DNA from: Malacoraja senta
Lineage: Eukaryota
Length of the DNA: 40,123 bases
Direction: 5' to 3'
Assembly: GCA_038087875.1 (NCBI GenBank)
Contig: JAXLNO010000300.1
Coordinates: forward strand, 1 to 40,123
In this document: positions 35,093-40,123 of the stretch, piece after piece
How positions within the stretch are numbered: the stretch's first letter is position 1
Layout of the letters: each line of letters starts with the position of its first letter
Notes under the pieces: generated by a model
The model's database searches: none
The model's input: the letters and a program-made list of their open reading frames with translations, nothing else
What the model was told of the DNA's origin: nothing
Position numbers and translations under genes: made by a program

Positions 35093-38000
35093 TAGACGTT
35101 GCCGGATTTGTGGCGATCTTTCAGGATTTATGGCGACCTTGTCGGAAATATGGCGACCTTGCCGGATTTGTGGCGGCCTTGCCGGAAATATGGCGACCTT
35201 GCCTTAAATATAGCGACCTTACCGGATTTGTGGCGACCTTGCCGGATTTATGGCGACCTTGCCGGAAACATGGCGACCTTGCCGGGTTTGTGGCGACCTT
35301 GCCGGAAATATTGCGACCTTGCTGGAAATTAGGAGACCTTGCCGAATTTGTGGCGACCTTGCCGGATTTATGGCGACCTTGCCGAAAATGTGTCGACCTC
35401 GCCGGATTTGTGGCGACCTTGCCGGATGTATGGCGACCTTGCCACAAATATGTCGACGTTGCCGGATTTGTGGCGATGTTTCCGGATTTATGGCGACCAT
35501 GTCGGAAATATGGCTACCTTGCCGGATTTGTGGCGACCTTGCCGGAAATATGGCGACCTTGCCGTAAATATAGCGACCTTACCGGATTTGTGGCGACCTT
35601 GCCGTAAATATAGCGACCTTACCGGATTTGTGGCGACCTTGCCGGATTTATGTGGCGACCTTGCCGGAAATATGGCGACCTTGCAGGATTTGTGGCGACC
35701 TTGCCTGATTTATGGCGACCTTGCCGGAAATATGGCGACCTTGCCGGGTTTGTGGCGACCTTGCCGGATATATTGCGACCATGCTGGAAATATGGGGACC
35801 TTGCCGTATTTGTGGCGACCTTGCCGGATTTATGGAGACTTTTCCGGAAATATGGCGCCATTGCCGGATTTGAGGCGACCTTGCCGGATTTATGACGACC
35901 TTGCAGCATTTGTGGCGACCTTGCCGGAAATATGGCGACCTCGCCGGATTTGTGGCGATCTTGCCGGATTTATGGCGACCTTGCCTGAAACATGGCGACC
36001 TCGCCGGATTTGTGGTGAACTTGCCGGATTTGTGGTGAACTTGCCGGATTTATGGCGACCTTGCCGGAAATATGACTACCTCGCCGGATTTGTGGCGACC
36101 TTGCTGCATTTATGGCGACCTTGCCGGAAATATGGCGACATTGCCGGATGTGTGGCGACCTTACCGGATTTATGGCGACCTTGCTGGAAATATGGCGACC
36201 TTGCCGGATTTGTGGCGACCTTGCCGGATTGATGGCGAACTTGCCGGATTTGTGGCGAACTTGCCGGAAATATGGGTCCTCGCCGGGTTTCTCTCGACCT
36301 TCCTGGAAATATGGCGACCTCGCCGGATTTGTGGCGACCTTGCCGGATTTATGGCGACCTTGCCGGAAATATGGCGACCTGGCCGTATTTATGGCAACCT
36401 TGCCGGGAATATGGCGACCTTGCCGGAAATATGGCGACCTTGTGGGATTTGTGGCGACCTTGCCGGATTTATGGCGACCTTGCCTGAAACATGGCGACCT
36501 TGCCGGATTTGTGGCGACCTTGCCGGATTTGTGCCGACCATGCCGGAAATATGTCGACCTTGCCGGATTTTTGGCGACCTTTTCGGATTTATGGCGACCA
36601 TGTCGGAAATATGGCGACCTTGCCGGAAATATTGCGACCTTGCTGGAAATATTGGGACCTTGCCGTATTTGTGGCTACCGTGCCGGATTTATGGCGACTT
36701 TGTCGGAAATATGGCGACTTTGTCGGAAAATATGGCGACATTGCCGGATTTGTGGCGACCTTGCCGGATTTATGACGACCTTGCCGGATTTGTGGCGATG
36801 TTTCCGGATTTATGGCGACCATGTCGGAAATATGGCTACCTTGCCGGATTTGTGGCGACCTTGCCGGAAATATGGCGACCTTGCCGTAAATATAGCGACC
36901 TTACCGGATTTGTGGCGACCTTGCCGTAAATATAGCGACCTTACCGGATTTATGACGACCTTGCCGGATTTGTGGCGACCTTGCCGGAAATATGGCGATC
37001 TCGCCGGATTTGTGGCGACCTTGCCGGGTTTATGGCGACCTTGCCGGAAATATGGCGACCTTGCCGGATTTGTGGCGACCTTGCCGGAAATATTGCGACC
37101 TTGCTGGAAATATGGGGACCTTGCCGGATTTGTGGCGACCTTGCCGGACATATAGCGACCTTGCCGGATTTGTGGCGACCTTGCCGGATTTATGGCGACC
37201 TTGTCGGAAATATGGCGACCTTGCCGGATTTGCGGCGACCTTGCCGGAAATATTACGACATTGCTGGAAATATGGGGACATTGCCGTATTTGTCGCGACC
37301 TTGCCGGATTTATGGCAACCTTGCCGGAAATATGGCGAGCTCGCCGGATGTGTGGCGACCTTGCCGGATTTATGACGACCTTGCCGGATTTGTGGCGACC
37401 TTGCCGGAAATATGGCGACCTCGCCGGATTTGTGGCGAACTTGCCGGATTTATGGCGACCTTGCCTGAAATATGGCGACCTCGCCGGATTTGTGGTGAAC
37501 TTGCCGGATTTATGGCGACCTTGCCGGAAATATGAATACCTCACCGGATTTGTGGCGACTTTGCTGGATTTATGGCGACCTTGCCGGAAATATGGCGACA
37601 TTGCCGGATGTGTGGCGACCTTACCGGATTTATGGCGACCTTGCTGGAAATATGGCGACCTTGCCGGATTTGTGGCGACCTTGCCGGATTTATGGCGAAC
37701 TTGCCGGATTTGTGGCGAACTTGCCGGAAATATGGTGACCTCGCCGGATTTCTGTCGACCTTGCCGGATTTATGACGACCTTGCCGGATTTATGGCGACC
37801 TTGCCTGAAATATGGCGACCTTGCCGGATTTATGGCGACCTTGCCGGAAATATGGCGACCTCGCCGCATTTGTGGCGACCTTGCCGGATTCATGACGACC
37901 TTGCCGAAAATATGGCGACTTCGCCGGATTTGTGGCGACCTTGCCGGATTTGAGGCGACCTTGCCGGAAATATGGCGACCTCGCCGGATTTGTGGCGACC

Positions 38001-40123
38001 TTGCCGGAATTGTGGCGACCTTGCCGGAAATATGGCGATCTCGCCGGTTTTTATGGCGACCTTGCCGTATTTATGGCGACCTTGCCGGATTTATGGCGAC
38101 CTTGCCGGGAATATGGCGACCTCGCTGGATTTGTGGCGACCTTGCCGGATTTATGGCTACCTCGCCGCATTTATGTGACCTTGCCGGATTTGTGGCGACC
38201 TTGCCGAATTTATGGCGACCTTGACGGAAATATGGCGACCTTGCTGGATTTGTGGCGACCTTGCCGGAAATATGGCGACCTTGCCGGAAATATGGCGACC
38301 TTGCCGGAAATATGGCGACCTTGTGGGATTTGTGGCGACCTTGCCGGATTTATGGCGACCTTGCCGGAAATATGACTACCTCGCCGGATTTGTGGCGACC
38401 TTGCTGCATTTATGGCGACCTTGCCGGAAATATGGCGACATTGCCGGATGTGTGGCGACCTTACCGGATTTATGGCGACCTTGCTGGAAATATGGCGACC
38501 TTGCCGGATTTGTGGCGACCTTGCCGGATTGATGACGAACTTGCCGGATTTGTGGCGAACTTGCCGGAAATATGGGTCCTCGCCGGGTTTCTCTCGACCT
38601 TCCTGGAAATATGGCGACCTCGCCGGATTTGTGGCGACCTTGCCGGATTTATGGCGACCTTGCCGGAAATATGGCGACCTGGCCGTATTTATGGCAACCT
38701 TGCCGGGAATATGGCGACCTTGCCGGAAATATGGCGACCTTGTGGGATTTGTGGCGACCTTGCCGGATTTATGGCGACCTTGCCTGAAACATGGCGACCT
38801 TGCCGGATTTGTGGCGACCTTGCCGGATTTGTGCCGACCATGCCGGAAATATGTCGACCTTGCCGGATTTTTGGCGACCTTTCCGGATTTATGGCGACCA
38901 TGTCGGAAATATGGCGACCTTGCCGGAAATATTGCGACCTTGCTGGAAATATTGGGACCTTGCCGTATTTGTGGCTACCGTGCCGGATTTATGGCGACTT
39001 TGTCGGAAATATGGCGACTTTGTCGGAAAATATGGCGACATTGCCGGATTTGTGGCGACCTTGCCGGATTTATGACGACCTTGCCGGATTTGTGGCGATG
39101 TTTCCGGATTTATGGCGACCATGTCGGAAATATGGCTACCTTGCCGGATTTGTGGCGACCTTGCCGGAAATATGGCGACCTTGCCGTAAATATAGCGACC
39201 TTACCGGATTTGTGGCGACCTTGCCGTAAATATAGCGACCTTACCGGATTTATGACGACCTTGCCGGATTTGTGGCGACCTTGCCGGAAATATGGCGATC
39301 TCGCCGGATTTGTGGCGACCTTGCCGGGTTTATGGCGACCTTGCCGGAAATATGGCGACCTTGCCGGATTTGTGGCGACCTTGCCGGAAATATTGCGACC
39401 TTGCTGGAAATATGGGGACCTTGCCGGATTTGTGGCGACCTTGCCGGACATATAGCGACCTTGCCGGATTTGTGGCGACCTTGCCGGATTTATGGCGACC
39501 TTTTCGGAAATATGGCGACCTTGCCGGATTTGTGGCGACCTTGCCGGAAATATTACGACATTGCTGGAAATATGGGGACATTGCCGTATTTGTCGCGACC
39601 TTGCCGGATTTATGGCAACCTTGCCGGAAATATGGCGAGCTCGCCGGATGTGTGGCGACCTTGCCGGATTTATGACGACCTTGCCGGATTTGTGGCGACC
39701 TTGCCGGAAATATGGCGACCTCGCCGGATTTGTGGCGAACTTGCCGGATTTATGGCGACCTTGCCTGAAATATGGCGACCTCGCCGGATTTGTGGTGAAC
39801 TTGCCGGATTTATGGCGACCTTGCCGGAAATATGAATACCTCACCGGATTTGTGGCGACTTTGCTGGATTTATGGCGACCTTGCCGGAAATATGGCGACA
39901 TTGCCGGATGTGTGGCGACCTTACCGGATTTATGGCGACCTTGCTGGAAATATGGCGACCTTGCCGGATTTGTGGCGACCTTGCCGGATTTATGGCGAAC
40001 TTGCCGGATTTGTGGCGAACTTGCCGGAAATATGGTGACCTCGCCGGATTTCTGTCGACCTTGCCGGATTTATGACGACCTTGCCGGATTTATGGCGACT
40101 TTGCCTGAAATATGGCGACCTTG
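35093..40123. repeat. 20-bp tandem satellite array, right segment (continues beyond window end)
   Basis: Resumes at GACGTTGCCGGATTTGTGGCGATCTTTCAGG with the same monomer and orientation. Confidence 0.98.
36050..40123. repeat. Higher-order tandem duplication, unit 2300 bp (second copy cut by window end)
   Basis: 36071 onward matches 38371 onward, including shared indel monomers (GGGTCCTCGCCGGGTTTCTCTCG at 36274/38574; GGAAAATAT at 36725/39025). About five substitutions seen by eye. Confidence 0.92.

Noticed and set aside
8..40075. Hundreds of overlapping ORFs with MATLPDLWRPCRKYGDLAG-like repeats (up to 695 aa)
   Set aside because: The 20-bp consensus has no stop codon in any + frame, so a 60-bp/20-aa periodic peptide appears in all frames. 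Indels and stops are scattered with no frame preference, and there is no unique coding context.
1..40123. CRISPR-like arrangement (15-bp constant part plus variable part)
   Set aside because: The variable part is only 5 bp with three recurring states, there are no unique spacers, leader or cas genes, and the context is eukaryotic retroelements.
1..40123. CENP-B box or telomeric repeat in the monomer
   Set aside because: The consensus does not fit TTCGNNNNANNCGGG and contains no TTAGGG units.

Overview
This is eukaryotic repetitive DNA, probably heterochromatic, and I found no host genes. About 33 kb of the 40 kb is a head-to-tail 20-bp satellite (consensus GGCGACCTTGCCGGA + TTTGT/TTTAT/AATAT, roughly 1,650 monomers, all in one orientation). 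It is organised into nested higher-order duplications of about 0.6, 0.76, 0.9, 1.08 and 2.3 kb. Two retroelements interrupt the array. The first is a near full-length Ty3/gypsy (Mag-like) LTR retrotransposon on the + strand (2775-7494). It has 203-bp LTRs differing at 2 sites, a PBS, a PPT, and gag-PR-RT-RH-IN broken by seven apparent 1-bp frameshifts; its 3' LTR has lost its terminus and target-site duplication. The second is a 5'-truncated CR1-clade LINE on the - strand (about 32829-35092) with an open 714-aa RT ORF, a 3' stem-loop and an 8-bp microsatellite tail. It resembles elasmobranch CR1/HER1-type LINEs, which suggests a cartilaginous-fish host (inference). The hundreds of ORFs in the satellite are artefacts of a stop-free repeat unit. 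I found no supportable new protein-coding system. The most notable points are that both insertions fall at the same position of the monomer (its dyad axis), that an in-array empty site can be reconstructed for each, that a ~2.3-kb duplication length recurs, and that the LTR element may really be a single continuous ORF.
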